IMG/VR virus record: IMGVR_UViG_3300025703_000001
Location: 22,324 to 86,323 of that record
Reading direction: 5' to 3' (one strand)
From: a virus
DNA length: 64,000 bases
Position numbers and translations under genes: made by a program. Of the stretch, positions 20,741-29,990 are shown in pieces; within the stretch, counting starts at the first letter, position 1, and every line of letters begins with the position of its first letter. The notes below the pieces were generated by a model. The model was given only the letters and a program-made list of their open reading frames with translations, was not told the origin of the DNA and did not search any database.

Positions 20741-21007
20741 TCACATCTTCCTGTATGCTCGTTCGCTGGCTGCGATGGCCTGCCGCCGCTCACTCGCGGA
20801 CATTCCGTGGGGCCGACCTTCAACCCTTACTGGAAAAGAGTCTTTCAGCGACCTCTGCTCGTCTTTACAAAAGACCTGACCAGTCATTGAGTGGCCGTAA
20901 GCAAACGGTCCGCCAGCCTGTCCAATGTTCGCCTCAACCGGAAACTGGCAGTGCTCGCATGGCGACTCGTCGCCGTTTGTTGTTGGGGTGGCTGCTGTCT
21001 TGGTCAT
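20741..21007 (-). CDS. Small Cys/His protein, leaderless
   Basis: ATG 7 nt after promoter at 21015-21043. Confidence 0.6.
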   Translation of the reverse strand: MTKTAATPTTNGDESPCEHCQFPVEANIGQAGGPFAYGHSMTGQVFCKDEQRSLKDSFPVRVEGRPHGMSASERRQAIAASERAYRKM

Positions 21008-21014
21008 GGATCTA

Positions 21015-21043
21015 AGTATGTGCCTCTATACACAATATGTCAA
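21015..21043 (-). promoter_or_regulatory. SigA-type promoter TTGACA-N17-CATACT
   Basis: Read directly on minus strand. Confidence 0.8.
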
Positions 21044-21091
21044 CGCCTAAAGTTGCAGGTCAGACGCAAGTTTGAATACGTGCACTTTCCT

Positions 21092-21364
21092 TCACGCCCG
21101 ATGCGGTCCACCCGCATAGACATGACCTTGGGTCCAGCCCTCGTCAGACACCAGTCGGATCTCGCCCAACTCCGCCAGGCGGTCGATGCAGGCCAACATC
21201 TGCCACGTATCGCCCGTGACGCCCTTCATGGCGTTCTCTACGGTAAATGCTCCGGCTGACGCCAAAAGGCCCTTTGTGTTGTCGCGAATCTTGAGGAATA
21301 TCTTCTGCCCATCCTCAGTGAACACCCGCTCGCGCTCATCCGCGTAGCAATATCCACTCATCAT
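21092..21364 (-). CDS. Conserved phage hypothetical protein (GDTWQMLACIDRL.ELGEI)
   Basis: Coupled ORF with recognisable motif. Confidence 0.6.
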   Translation of the reverse strand: MMSGYCYADERERVFTEDGQKIFLKIRDNTKGLLASAGAFTVENAMKGVTGDTWQMLACIDRLAELGEIRLVSDEGWTQGHVYAGGPHRA

Positions 21365-22109
21365 AGACCTCTCCCATCTGCTTCTGGTTCTTGTTCAACG
21401 TGAATCTCAATAGTCGACCATGACCCCGCTGCCTGCTTGACCAGATTGTCAACGACCGAACGATTATCGGTTAGCACGACCACCCTCCACACTGGAAGGT
21501 TGGGGATAGGATCAGGCCACTTGTCTGAGAACATCGTGAAGATAGCGTGACCATTATCGGTCATGATGGTCAGGGTGGTGGCATCGACGCCCACAACGGG
21601 ACACTCATCGCCATTCCACAGGACGTGCTTCAAACCCTTGAATTTCTGTATATCAGCGGCGGATGCCATTACATTTCTCCAGCGCAACGCAGGTGCCGAC
21701 CATCTGCATCAAATACGCAGCACATGAACATTTTCTCGGCGTGTTCCTCGGCAAAACTCAGCGCCGATTCAATCGTCTCAAATCGCTCAGGGAAGTCGGC
21801 CGAGGACATATCAAATGTGTCCAGCCAGCGAACCTCAAACGGGGCAATAGCCACTTCTGGCATCGAATCCCTTTCGTCCGCAGAGAAAATGCTCCGTACG
21901 TTGCTGCCAGTGTTCCTGGGTATCGCTACCCAAAAGAATGGGATGCGCCCACGTCGTTAAGAGGAACAACGCTTCGTGCAGGTCTGCTCGGAGCTTGTAA
22001 ATCTCGTCTACGTTGCCATTCCACGCTTCCAGCGTGACGTTCATGACTTTTGTACTGTCAGACATCGTGTCACCCTTCCTGTGGATAACTTGAAGGAATA
22101 GATGAGCTT

Positions 22110-22400
22110 TCATCCACGGGGGATGACAGAAACCTCTTTGGCGACCTGAATAGCATCGTCAACGGCAGCAAACGCCTCGTTTGCCGTGCGAGCGTTGGTG
22201 TCGTTCCATATAAATAGCGAGTTGCCGTATCTCAACGTCACGACGCTGGACACGTACTGAGTGGCACGCTGAATCGCTGGATTCTGCGTCTGGGAACAGA
22301 ACGCGCCACGGCACCCCATCAGGGCTTCTTCAAGACACGCCGCTCTCCCATTCTGGGCAGGTGGTGCAGGCATGTCCAGCGTCCGCAGAACTGAATCCAC
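22110..22400 (-). CDS. Hypothetical protein (WND...RT..E motif, DUF6197-like)
   Basis: CLEEAL...WNDTNARTANE. Confidence 0.5.
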   Translation of the reverse strand: MDSVLRTLDMPAPPAQNGRAACLEEALMGCRGAFCSQTQNPAIQRATQYVSSVVTLRYGNSLFIWNDTNARTANEAFAAVDDAIQVAKEVSVIPRG

Positions 22401-22619
22401 GGACCGCGCTCAGGATCGTCACAGTCTTCTCGCTCGCATTTCATCGTTCAACCCCCTCTTGGCTCGCCGTATCTCGGCTGCTCTGCTCAACGCGTCCCGG
22501 CAGTGACCGAGCCAATACATGACCGTTTCGGCGTCGGTGGCGAAATCTTCTCGCCTGTCGCCGGATGCCGCGTCGAACATGGGGAGATTGAAACACATAC
22601 GGACCGGCAATGTCAAGGG

Positions 22620-22648
22620 TTGCGCTGAAATAATGTTTCATGTATGGT
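22620..22648 (+). promoter_or_regulatory. Rightward promoter TTGCGC-N17-TATGGT with TGAAA-N5-TTTCA palindrome in spacer
   Basis: Read directly, 8 nt upstream of the Lsr2 ATG at the strand-switch point. Confidence 0.65.
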
Positions 22649-22656
22649 CACCTGCG

Positions 22657-23109
22657 ATGACCTCCGTTGCCGATTTTCTGCCAGATTTCGCAAACGACAC
22701 CACGATCAGAGAAACTGAGGCAACCTATAAACGCCTGATAGACCTGCTGAGAGAGGCACACCGGCAATCAATGGCGCGGATCGTGGCCACGCGGGACGGG
22801 ACCGTGGCGACGACCACACGCAATACCACGAATACCGGTCTTCACACGCCCACGGTCAAGAACTGGGCACTGCGCACCGGCGTGATTTTACCACCAAGCG
22901 GACGGGTTACGAAGGCCATTAAAGAGCAGTACCGAGCGGCACACGCTGAGACGCCCTCAAATAGCGTAGAATCTAATGTGGCACAATCCCCCGAGTTGGA
23001 TGTTTCGTTGCCTCTCGTGCGATCCTGGGCCGCCTCAGAGGGTCTGGCCGTAGGTTCTCGTGGGCGTATCCACCCTGATATTGTAGCGGCCTACTTGGAG
23101 GCACACTGA
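22657..23109 (+). CDS. lsr2: Lsr2-like protein with two DNA-binding domains
   Basis: VKNWA..G...SGRV....EQY.AAH and VRSWA..EG..VGSRGRI...IVAAY.EAH. Confidence 0.85.
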   Translation: MTSVADFLPDFANDTTIRETEATYKRLIDLLREAHRQSMARIVATRDGTVATTTRNTTNTGLHTPTVKNWALRTGVILPPSGRVTKAIKEQYRAAHAETPSNSVESNVAQSPELDVSLPLVRSWAASEGLAVGSRGRIHPDIVAAYLEAH

Positions 23110-23534
23110 TGCCCTTGGACGAAAAGCGAGTAGATGCCGCCCATCAGTATCTCATGAACACGATTTTGAGCTGGCGAGACAAGACAGCCCCAATCGAATC
23201 ACACTTTCACCACATCTACGATGGATCATGTGCGGTGTGTCGATTCAGTGACCGCTGGGAGGCAAGAGACCTGCTCGTATCGGGCATCATTTCCGCCTAC
23301 CTCGCAGAAGACAAACCCCCAGCGTAATGGGCGAAAATCTACCTATTCAGACAAGTTATCCACAGGCTGTAAACGAACGGCGACAGGAGAAGAATGACAA
23401 CGAACGTTTACCAAGATCACCAAAGCTGGTGCCAACACCTCGCTGAACTGGGGTTTTTGAAAGAGTGTCACAACCCCTGTCTAGTCTCGGACCACTGCCT
23501 AGCGGAAGAGGACGACAATGATTGATTCAGACCA

Positions 23535-23807
23535 ATGCCGTACATAAAGCCAGAAGCGCGTGCGAGGCTGCGTGAGTACGACTACGCACCACTGCCGGAA
23601 ACTGCCGGGGAGTTAAATTACGTCTATTCGAGACTGCTTGACCGCGTGCTGGGCAATAGCCCGAGTTACGAGGACATCAACACGGTCGTCGGTGTACTAG
23701 AGTGCTGCTTGCAAGAGGTCTACAGACGCGTAGCGGGTCCGCTGGAGGACCGCAAGATCGGAGAAAATGGCGATGTCTTCAGAGATCGATCAGGTCGTCC
23801 CGCATGA
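23535..23807 (+). CDS. Conserved phage protein (MPYIK...GELNY...NGDV family)
   Basis: Characteristic motifs. Confidence 0.7.
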   Translation: MPYIKPEARARLREYDYAPLPETAGELNYVYSRLLDRVLGNSPSYEDINTVVGVLECCLQEVYRRVAGPLEDRKIGENGDVFRDRSGRPA

Positions 23808-24162
23808 GTTCCGGCCCGTCGTATACGTAGCAGGGCCATTCCGGTCCGACCCTTTTGCTGGTATCCGCAAGGCTATTCTGGCGGCAGAGAGTCTTGATAG
23901 ATCCGGATTCGTCACAGCCTGGGTGCCGCATCAGAACGCCATGTACGATCTGGTCTGTCCGCACACCGCAGAGTATTGGCTCGGATATGACATCGCTCAA
24001 CTTGCCAGGTCGGACGCACTGTTCCGTATTCCGGGTCTGTCTGATGGAGCCGACGATGAGGTGGCGTTTGCCAAGGAAGTCGGGATGCCAGTCTTCTACA
24101 ACGAGTCAGAGGTCATTCACTGGGCGCAGGCATGGATGGACGATGGCGCCGCAGCGGAGTAA
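23773..24162 (+). CDS. Nucleoside 2-deoxyribosyltransferase-like protein
   Basis: VYVAGP, PH, D...L.RSDA, S.GA..E..FA...G.PV. Confidence 0.75.
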   Translation: MSSEIDQVVPHEFRPVVYVAGPFRSDPFAGIRKAILAAESLDRSGFVTAWVPHQNAMYDLVCPHTAEYWLGYDIAQLARSDALFRIPGLSDGADDEVAFAKEVGMPVFYNESEVIHWAQAWMDDGAAAE

Positions 24163-24373
24163 ACGTTGCCAGCGCGATCATTCTAACTGGGCGGTCAATC
24201 CAAAGACGGGCTATCGCTACTGCCAAACCTGTCACACCGAACGCAATCGCCAGCGCAGGCGCACGAAGCCAGGGATGGGGATTCCGTGGGCTGATTCCGG
24301 GCAGCGTGACCGAGGTCCGAGGTTGCAGGCGTTCACGAGAGCCGAGATTCTGAAAGCAAGGGGAATGTTGTGA
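24143..24373 (+). CDS. Small C-x2-H/CxxC zinc-finger protein A
   Basis: CQRDH...RYCQTC. Confidence 0.55.
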   Translation: MAPQRSKRCQRDHSNWAVNPKTGYRYCQTCHTERNRQRRRTKPGMGIPWADSGQRDRGPRLQAFTRAEILKARGML

Positions 24374-24618
24374 GCATCACCAGGCCACGGCCAGAAGTAT
24401 GCAAGAGAGGCCATAACAACTGGGTCGTCGTTGATCCCGTCAAAGGCTGGAGGCGGTGCTTGACGTGTCGCAGAATCAATGCCGGGAGTAATGCTGCAAC
24501 GCCAGCACCAGCTTGGGGTGTTGACAAAACAGGCAAGAAACAGAACTCCCGCGGTGGTAGCGGCGAGGACACCTGGGGACGTACCGAGTTGCTGAAGTTC
24601 CGCGGCTATGACGTCTAA
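24370..24618 (+). CDS. Small zinc-finger protein B (paralog of A)
   Basis: CKRGH...RRCLTCR; similar C-terminal R.E.LK.RG. Confidence 0.55.
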   Translation: MSITRPRPEVCKRGHNNWVVVDPVKGWRRCLTCRRINAGSNAATPAPAWGVDKTGKKQNSRGGSGEDTWGRTELLKFRGYDV

Positions 24619-24967
24619 GGTTCGGCAGTTCGATACCGGCGCCAATCGTGACGCAGAGGATGGCAAGTACGATTACGCAGGGTTCTTTGATCCCGCAGTT
24701 CTCCATGCGTTCTCGGGCTATATGCACACCTGTCGTGAGATTCCTGACGGATCTATGCGGTCGGGCGGCAATTGGAAGAACGGCATCCCGTTTGACTCCT
24801 ATTTGGGGTCAATGCTGAGACACGTAATGGACCTATGGCTCCTGCATGAAGGCCACGACGTTGAGCGCCCTGAAACGGGCAAAGAGGTCACGATGGACGA
24901 CGCGCTCGGTGGCATCATGTTTAATTGCCAGGGTTACTGGTCGGAGATGTTGAAGGGAGCAAAATGA
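24608..24967 (+). CDS. dATP/dGTP diphosphohydrolase-like (DUF5664-type) protein
   Basis: RQFDTGA.RD, NWKNGIP, S..RH motifs. Confidence 0.75.
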   Translation: MTSKVRQFDTGANRDAEDGKYDYAGFFDPAVLHAFSGYMHTCREIPDGSMRSGGNWKNGIPFDSYLGSMLRHVMDLWLLHEGHDVERPETGKEVTMDDALGGIMFNCQGYWSEMLKGAK

Positions 24968-25167
24968 GCGCAGCGTATACGGCCAACGAATCACGGCAAT
25001 GCAGCGGGAAACATACCTACACAAGTTCGTCCGAGGCCAAGCGTGCAGCGAAACGCACTATGACTAAAGTCGGTGGCGGTAAGCTCACCTCATATCGTTG
25101 CCCCCATTGTCTTTCTTGGCACAATGGCCACACGCCCAGTTGGCGCAAGCACTCCGCAAGTGAGTGA
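24964..25167 (+). CDS. Small Zn-ribbon protein (C.GK..Y...YRCPHC..WH)
   Basis: Motif; ATGA overlap. Confidence 0.6.
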   Translation: MSAAYTANESRQCSGKHTYTSSSEAKRAAKRTMTKVGGGKLTSYRCPHCLSWHNGHTPSWRKHSASE

Positions 25168-25471
25168 CATTGAGGATGCCCTGCTCCTACAGATCAAGAA
25201 AGCCAAACTGCCCACACCGGAGCGCGAGTATAGATTTCATCCTGTCCGAAAGTGGCGAGTCGATTTCTGTTACCCTGCGGAAAGCATCGCCATCGAGTGT
25301 GAGGGCGGAACTTGGGTTCATGGACGCCATAACCGAGGCGGTGGGTTTGAAAAGGATTGTGAGAAGTACAACGAATTGGCTCTCGCTGGTTACCTCTTAT
25401 TTCGGTTCACGTCTTCCATGATTAGCAGCGGCGTAGCTTTGGAGACAATCAGTCGTGCATTTGGACGTTGA
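25160..25471 (+). CDS. Vsr/DUF559-like PD-(D/E)xK endonuclease
   Basis: EYRFH..RKWR.DF, AIECEGG, GRH, D.EKYN. Confidence 0.85.
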   Translation: MSDIEDALLLQIKKAKLPTPEREYRFHPVRKWRVDFCYPAESIAIECEGGTWVHGRHNRGGGFEKDCEKYNELALAGYLLFRFTSSMISSGVALETISRAFGR

Positions 25472-25570
25472 AGATCACGATATAGACCCCGAATACGAAC
25501 GGAACGGTGACGCACACTGTCTCCATTGCCGTTTACCCATCCAACTCATAATCGCAGGAGGCACACGAGA

Positions 25571-25882
25571 ATGGCGGCACCAGCAACAATTCCATATCCC
25601 GACGATGAGGGGTCACTAGAGTGGCGAGAACGTGCGGCATGTCGGGGCGTTGATGTCAATGTGTTCTTCCCCCAACCAGACGACCGTGAGGCCATCAAGC
25701 ACGCCAAGGCGACGTACTGCGCCTGGTGCCCGGTGCGGCAGGATTGCCTGGAGTGGGCCATCGCTGAGATGGGCATCGGGACGGCGAACGATGATCTGGG
25801 CATCTACGGCGGTCTCACGTTCACGGAGCGACGCAGCTATCACCGGCAACGGCTGACCGCAGCGAGGAAGCATCGTGGCTAA
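25571..25882 (+). CDS. whiB: WhiB-family Fe-S transcription factor
   Basis: W..RAAC, FFP, C..CPVR..C, GIYGG. Confidence 0.92.
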   Translation: MAAPATIPYPDDEGSLEWRERAACRGVDVNVFFPQPDDREAIKHAKATYCAWCPVRQDCLEWAIAEMGIGTANDDLGIYGGLTFTERRSYHRQRLTAARKHRG

Positions 25883-26080
25883 AAAGGTTAATGACGCCGA
25901 CAGCGACGCAGCACTACTCCGGACGACGGCCGATGTAGTATCACATTGCCTGACCCAACTGGAGTGCTGTGCTAGTCGGTGGCCGGAGTACGTGACTGAC
26001 GCCAGCACAATGCGAGAAATGGTTGAGCGGATGGTTGGACATGCTCGGGAATACGGGTACATCGAGAAGCGAGGCAAAGT

Positions 26081-27142
26081 ATGAGCATCCCCACAGCGGT
26101 CGACGCACTCCTCTCAGGAGAGCCACCCGATCCACTCATTAAGTCCGGGCGGTATCAGATCATCCCCAGCGGCGCGGATAAGACAAAAGCGCACACCCGC
26201 ATCACCAATTTCGCCAAGAAGCTGGAAGACGAGTTTAACATTACGGCGTGGAAGCAACGCATGGTTCTTCTCGGTGCGGCACAGCGTAGCGACATTACAG
26301 TTGCGGCTCTCGCCGCTTCCGATAATCGGAGGGAACTGGACAGCCTGGCCGAAGCGGCCATGGACGCGGCGAAAGCGAACGTTGCCAGAGAAACGGGATC
26401 GGCACTGCATAAACTCTGCGAACGAGTCGATGCAGGAGAAGCGCTGACCCTACCTGAACCGTGGAAGGCAGATATCGAAGCATACATTGCCTGCCTTGCC
26501 GGACTCGGGGCCGCCGTTGAGGAGATAGAGCAGGTTGTCGTCTGTCCAAAACTTGGGTTGGCGGGACGGTTCGACCGTACCGTAGTTATTGACGATATCA
26601 GTTATATCATGGACATCAAAACCGGGAAGGACCTGTCTTACTCTTGGGGTTCCATTTCCATCCAGCTGGCACTTTATGCTGGAGCAGCGACGATCTACAA
26701 TCCAGAGACGAAGCATCACCGACCGATGCCCGAAGTGAATCAGGAGCGCGGATTGGTGTTCCACCTTCAGGCTGGGACTGCAAAATGTACCCCGTATTGG
26801 ATCAACCTTGAGGACGGACGACGCGGGATCGCGATGGTCAGTCAGCTGCTAGAGTGGCGTAAGCAAACTAAGGGATTTGTCACAACAGCAACGATGCCAC
26901 GATTCATCGCTCATGCCGATATCCGCGAATACACCATGATGCGCTGCCGCTACGTTATCGATGGTGGCCATGGGGCGGAGTTGGCGCGCAACTGGCCTGA
27001 CGACGTAGCGACGCTTAAGTCCAAGGACGATCACTCCGAGGCTGAATTGGATGCTATCTTGGATGTATGTGACACCATTGAGGCCCGCCACAAGATGCCG
27101 TTCCCAGACTTCACCGATCCGCGGGGACTGGAAAAGTTCTGA
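26081..27142 (+). CDS. PD-(D/E)xK exonuclease (Cas4/RecB-like)
   Basis: G.ALH, AGRFDR, DIKTG, QLALYA. Confidence 0.85.
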   Translation: MSIPTAVDALLSGEPPDPLIKSGRYQIIPSGADKTKAHTRITNFAKKLEDEFNITAWKQRMVLLGAAQRSDITVAALAASDNRRELDSLAEAAMDAAKANVARETGSALHKLCERVDAGEALTLPEPWKADIEAYIACLAGLGAAVEEIEQVVVCPKLGLAGRFDRTVVIDDISYIMDIKTGKDLSYSWGSISIQLALYAGAATIYNPETKHHRPMPEVNQERGLVFHLQAGTAKCTPYWINLEDGRRGIAMVSQLLEWRKQTKGFVTTATMPRFIAHADIREYTMMRCRYVIDGGHGAELARNWPDDVATLKSKDDHSEAELDAILDVCDTIEARHKMPFPDFTDPRGLEKF

Positions 27143-27178
27143 TGACAAAAACCAACAAACCAAAACAAAGGAAAACAA

Positions 27179-27628
27179 ATGACAGTTGATCCATCAGTAG
27201 ACGGCTTCCTCAGCAGTGGTGGAGCCCCATCAGCGAAGTTCCCTGAGCCGGGTGCGACGATCAAGGGCACGATTGAGGAGGCTGTGGTTTCGCAGCAGAC
27301 AGACCTTGACGGCAAGCCGAAGACGTGGGACGACGGAAACCCACGCCAGCAGCTCGTCGTCACTCTCGCTACCGATGAGCGTGATTCAGCCATTGACGAT
27401 GACAGCGGTACACGCCGCGTCTTCATTAAGGGTCAGATGCTCACCGCCCTCAAGGATGCCCTGAAGAAGGCGGGCGTGAAAAGTATCGAGGTAGGTGGCA
27501 CGCTCGCCATCAAGTACACCGAGGACGGCGTTCCCACCAAGGCGGGATTCAATGCTCCAAAGCTTTACGTGGCTCAATATAAGCCGCCAGTGTCGGTTAT
27601 CACTCCCGACGTAGACGAACTGCTCTAA
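27179..27628 (+). CDS. Phage single-stranded DNA-binding protein (probable)
   Basis: KF...G..I.G.I, WDDG.PR.Q motif, acidic tail; located between exonuclease and primase. Confidence 0.65.
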   Translation: MTVDPSVDGFLSSGGAPSAKFPEPGATIKGTIEEAVVSQQTDLDGKPKTWDDGNPRQQLVVTLATDERDSAIDDDSGTRRVFIKGQMLTALKDALKKAGVKSIEVGGTLAIKYTEDGVPTKAGFNAPKLYVAQYKPPVSVITPDVDELL

Positions 27629-27638
27629 TTCAACGCAG

Positions 27639-29639
27639 GTGAGCAGTGCACCCTACCCCATAACCCCGTTAGATGCAGCCCTGCTCTACGGGGTTATGGG
27701 GTGGCGGGTGGCGCCGGTGCGCCCCGAATCGAAGGTACCGGCTATCAATGACTGGCCGACGCGGGCAAGTAGCAATGCTGACACCATCGGAGGATGGTGG
27801 ACGAGTACCGAATATGCCAGCTGTGGCGTTTGTATCGTCACGGGCAGGGCGTCGGGACTGTGGGTTTTAGACGTTGATGTCAGCGGCGGTAAGCCCGGCA
27901 TCCAAACGCTGAAGGCGCTGCTCGCTGATCATGGCGATGGATCGCTACCTGAAACCCTCGTGGCTCGGACGCCATCTGGGGGTTACCACTATTACTGGAT
28001 CTATCCCGAGGGCGCCGAGGTTCACAACTCAGCGTCGAATCGCCTGGGATCAGGATTGGATGTTCGCGGCGAAGGGGGTCAGGTAAACGCTCCTCCGACC
28101 ACTCGGGGCGCGGACTGTTACCGCTGGGCTACCGAACGTGGACCCTACGATGCCGTGGTGGCTGAGGCCCCGGCTTGGCTTCTTGACCTTGTCATGGACC
28201 AATCCACGCCTATGGCGGCACCGCCGAAACCTAGTTTGCGACTGGTCGCTGAGGCGAACAAGCATCTTACCGATGCCCCGTCCTACGTGACCCGTTACAA
28301 CGCGGAACATTCTTGGGACGACATACTGATGCGGGACGGTTGGACACTCTCCCATGCCGATCGTGATGGTGTGCGTTACTGGACCAGACCGGGCAAGGAC
28401 GAGCGAGAGGGTATCTCGGCAAGTGTCGGGTACGCAGGCACAGACATGCTCTATGTCTGGACTACGGCGCTCGATTGGCTGCCAGCCGAACGGGGCTACG
28501 ATCGCTTCGGTTATATGGTTCATCGGGACTTCGGGGGGGATTTTAGGTCAGCGGGGCAATCGTTGGCACGGCAAGAATCCCAGGGGGGGATTTCTGCGGC
28601 TGGGTTGGTGTCTGTTAGCCAAGCAAACCCAGAAGTAGCCCCTACGGGCACTACGGACCCCTTAGAATCCATTCTGGACGATGATTCGGAACGAAGCCGA
28701 TACGAATTACTCAAAGTGGACTTCGACCCGGACGGGTCGTTTTGGAACGCCGATCTGAACGATGCTGATTTCCTCATTGAACCCCTGATAGCGCGGGGTC
28801 GCGGTCATGCTCTTTACGCTGGAGCCAAAACGGGCAAATCCTATATCGTTCTCCATGCTGTCGCTGCCGCCTGTATTCCCGGACACAAATCGTGGGTAAC
28901 GACGTTAGCCGATGATCCTGTTTCGATCGTCTATCTGGACTACGAGATGACTGAAGCTGACCTACGTGAACGACTAGAGATGTTCGGCTATGGCCCTAAT
29001 GATGACTACTCGCATCTGCATTACATCAAGGCGGGTGCTCTCGGGGCTGACCTGGATACCTACGAGGGTGGCCAAGACCTGACCAATCAGGCAAAAGCGT
29101 GGGGTGCCCAGTTGGTTATCGTAGATACCCTGAGCAGAGCCGTGCGGGGTGAGGAGAACGACGCTGACACGATTCGGGATTTCTACCGTTTTACCGGAAC
29201 GCCACTGAAGGCGAACGGGATAGCAGTCCTGCGCCTTGACCATGCGGGTAAAGAGGCTGAGCGGGGCCAGCGGGGCACGTCTGGGAAGAATGACGACGTA
29301 GATGTCGTATGGCGCCTCGATAGGACAGACGACGGCGCCAAGTTGACGAATACTCATTCTCGGGTCTTCTGGATGCCTTCGGAGATTACTCTGCGCTACG
29401 AAGAGGACGCTGATGGCGTTCACAACTTCACGCAAGTTCAGGAGTCTCAGACATACACCAGCGGTACGGCAGAGCGTGCTGATAAGTGGTTGGCTCTCGA
29501 TATCCCGCTCAACGCTAGCCGACGTCAAGCGAGAGACGCCGGGTTCTCGTGTAAGAACGACGAGTTTGCCTCAGTTAAGCGATACCTCAAACTGAATAGT
29601 CTGGGCAAGATTGACGATCTCATAGGTGGTCCCCAATGA
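27639..29639 (+). CDS. Bifunctional primase-polymerase fused to RepA-like (AAA_25) helicase
   Basis: VLDVD, TPSGGYHYY, LDVRGEGG; AGAKTGKS, IVDTL, DHAGK, RGTS. Confidence 0.92.
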   Translation: MSSAPYPITPLDAALLYGVMGWRVAPVRPESKVPAINDWPTRASSNADTIGGWWTSTEYASCGVCIVTGRASGLWVLDVDVSGGKPGIQTLKALLADHGDGSLPETLVARTPSGGYHYYWIYPEGAEVHNSASNRLGSGLDVRGEGGQVNAPPTTRGADCYRWATERGPYDAVVAEAPAWLLDLVMDQSTPMAAPPKPSLRLVAEANKHLTDAPSYVTRYNAEHSWDDILMRDGWTLSHADRDGVRYWTRPGKDEREGISASVGYAGTDMLYVWTTALDWLPAERGYDRFGYMVHRDFGGDFRSAGQSLARQESQGGISAAGLVSVSQANPEVAPTGTTDPLESILDDDSERSRYELLKVDFDPDGSFWNADLNDADFLIEPLIARGRGHALYAGAKTGKSYIVLHAVAAACIPGHKSWVTTLADDPVSIVYLDYEMTEADLRERLEMFGYGPNDDYSHLHYIKAGALGADLDTYEGGQDLTNQAKAWGAQLVIVDTLSRAVRGEENDADTIRDFYRFTGTPLKANGIAVLRLDHAGKEAERGQRGTSGKNDDVDVVWRLDRTDDGAKLTNTHSRVFWMPSEITLRYEEDADGVHNFTQVQESQTYTSGTAERADKWLALDIPLNASRRQARDAGFSCKNDEFASVKRYLKLNSLGKIDDLIGGPQ

Positions 29640-29640
29640 C

Positions 29641-29754
29641 GGGGGACCAGTGGGGACCGGTCCCCCACACTGGTCCCCCGAAGTGGTGTTTCCCCAGGGG
29701 GGTCTATAAGACCCCTGGGGACCACTCGGGACCTGTCGGCGGGGACCAGGGGTC
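29641..29754. repeat. GGGACC/GGTCCC-rich nested inverted repeats, candidate replication origin
   Basis: GGGGGACCAGTG...CACTGGTCCCCC around palindrome GGGACCGGTCCC; second IR CCCCAGGGG...CCCCTGGGG around TATAA. Confidence 0.6.
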
Positions 29755-29955
29755 GTGGCACAGTTGAATGAAACAACTTGATTGCGACAACGAAGGGGGA
29801 TGAATAAATGGAGAAGGTCGAATTGGCGTATGTGGTTTATCTGCGGGTCTACGAGGACTCACCCAAAAGACGGGCTGACGCTAAGGCGAAACTGGAGCAG
29901 ATTTGCGGCTTAGCGTTTCTTGAGTCCAGTGTTGAGGACGCCAACGGTGACTAGC

Positions 29956-29984
29956 TTGCGCGTTGAACTACCGCGCTGTAGTTT
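29956..29984 (+). promoter_or_regulatory. Promoter TTGCGC-N17-TAGTTT, leaderless GTG at 29991
   Basis: Read directly. Confidence 0.55.
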
Positions 29985-29990
29985 ATAGTC

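Noticed and set aside
24608-24967. Z-genome (2-aminoadenine) pathway
   Set aside because: No PurZ or dedicated DNA polymerase in the window
26081-27142. Cas4 as a sign of CRISPR-Cas
   Set aside because: Ordinary phage exonuclease beside SSB and primase; no other cas genes
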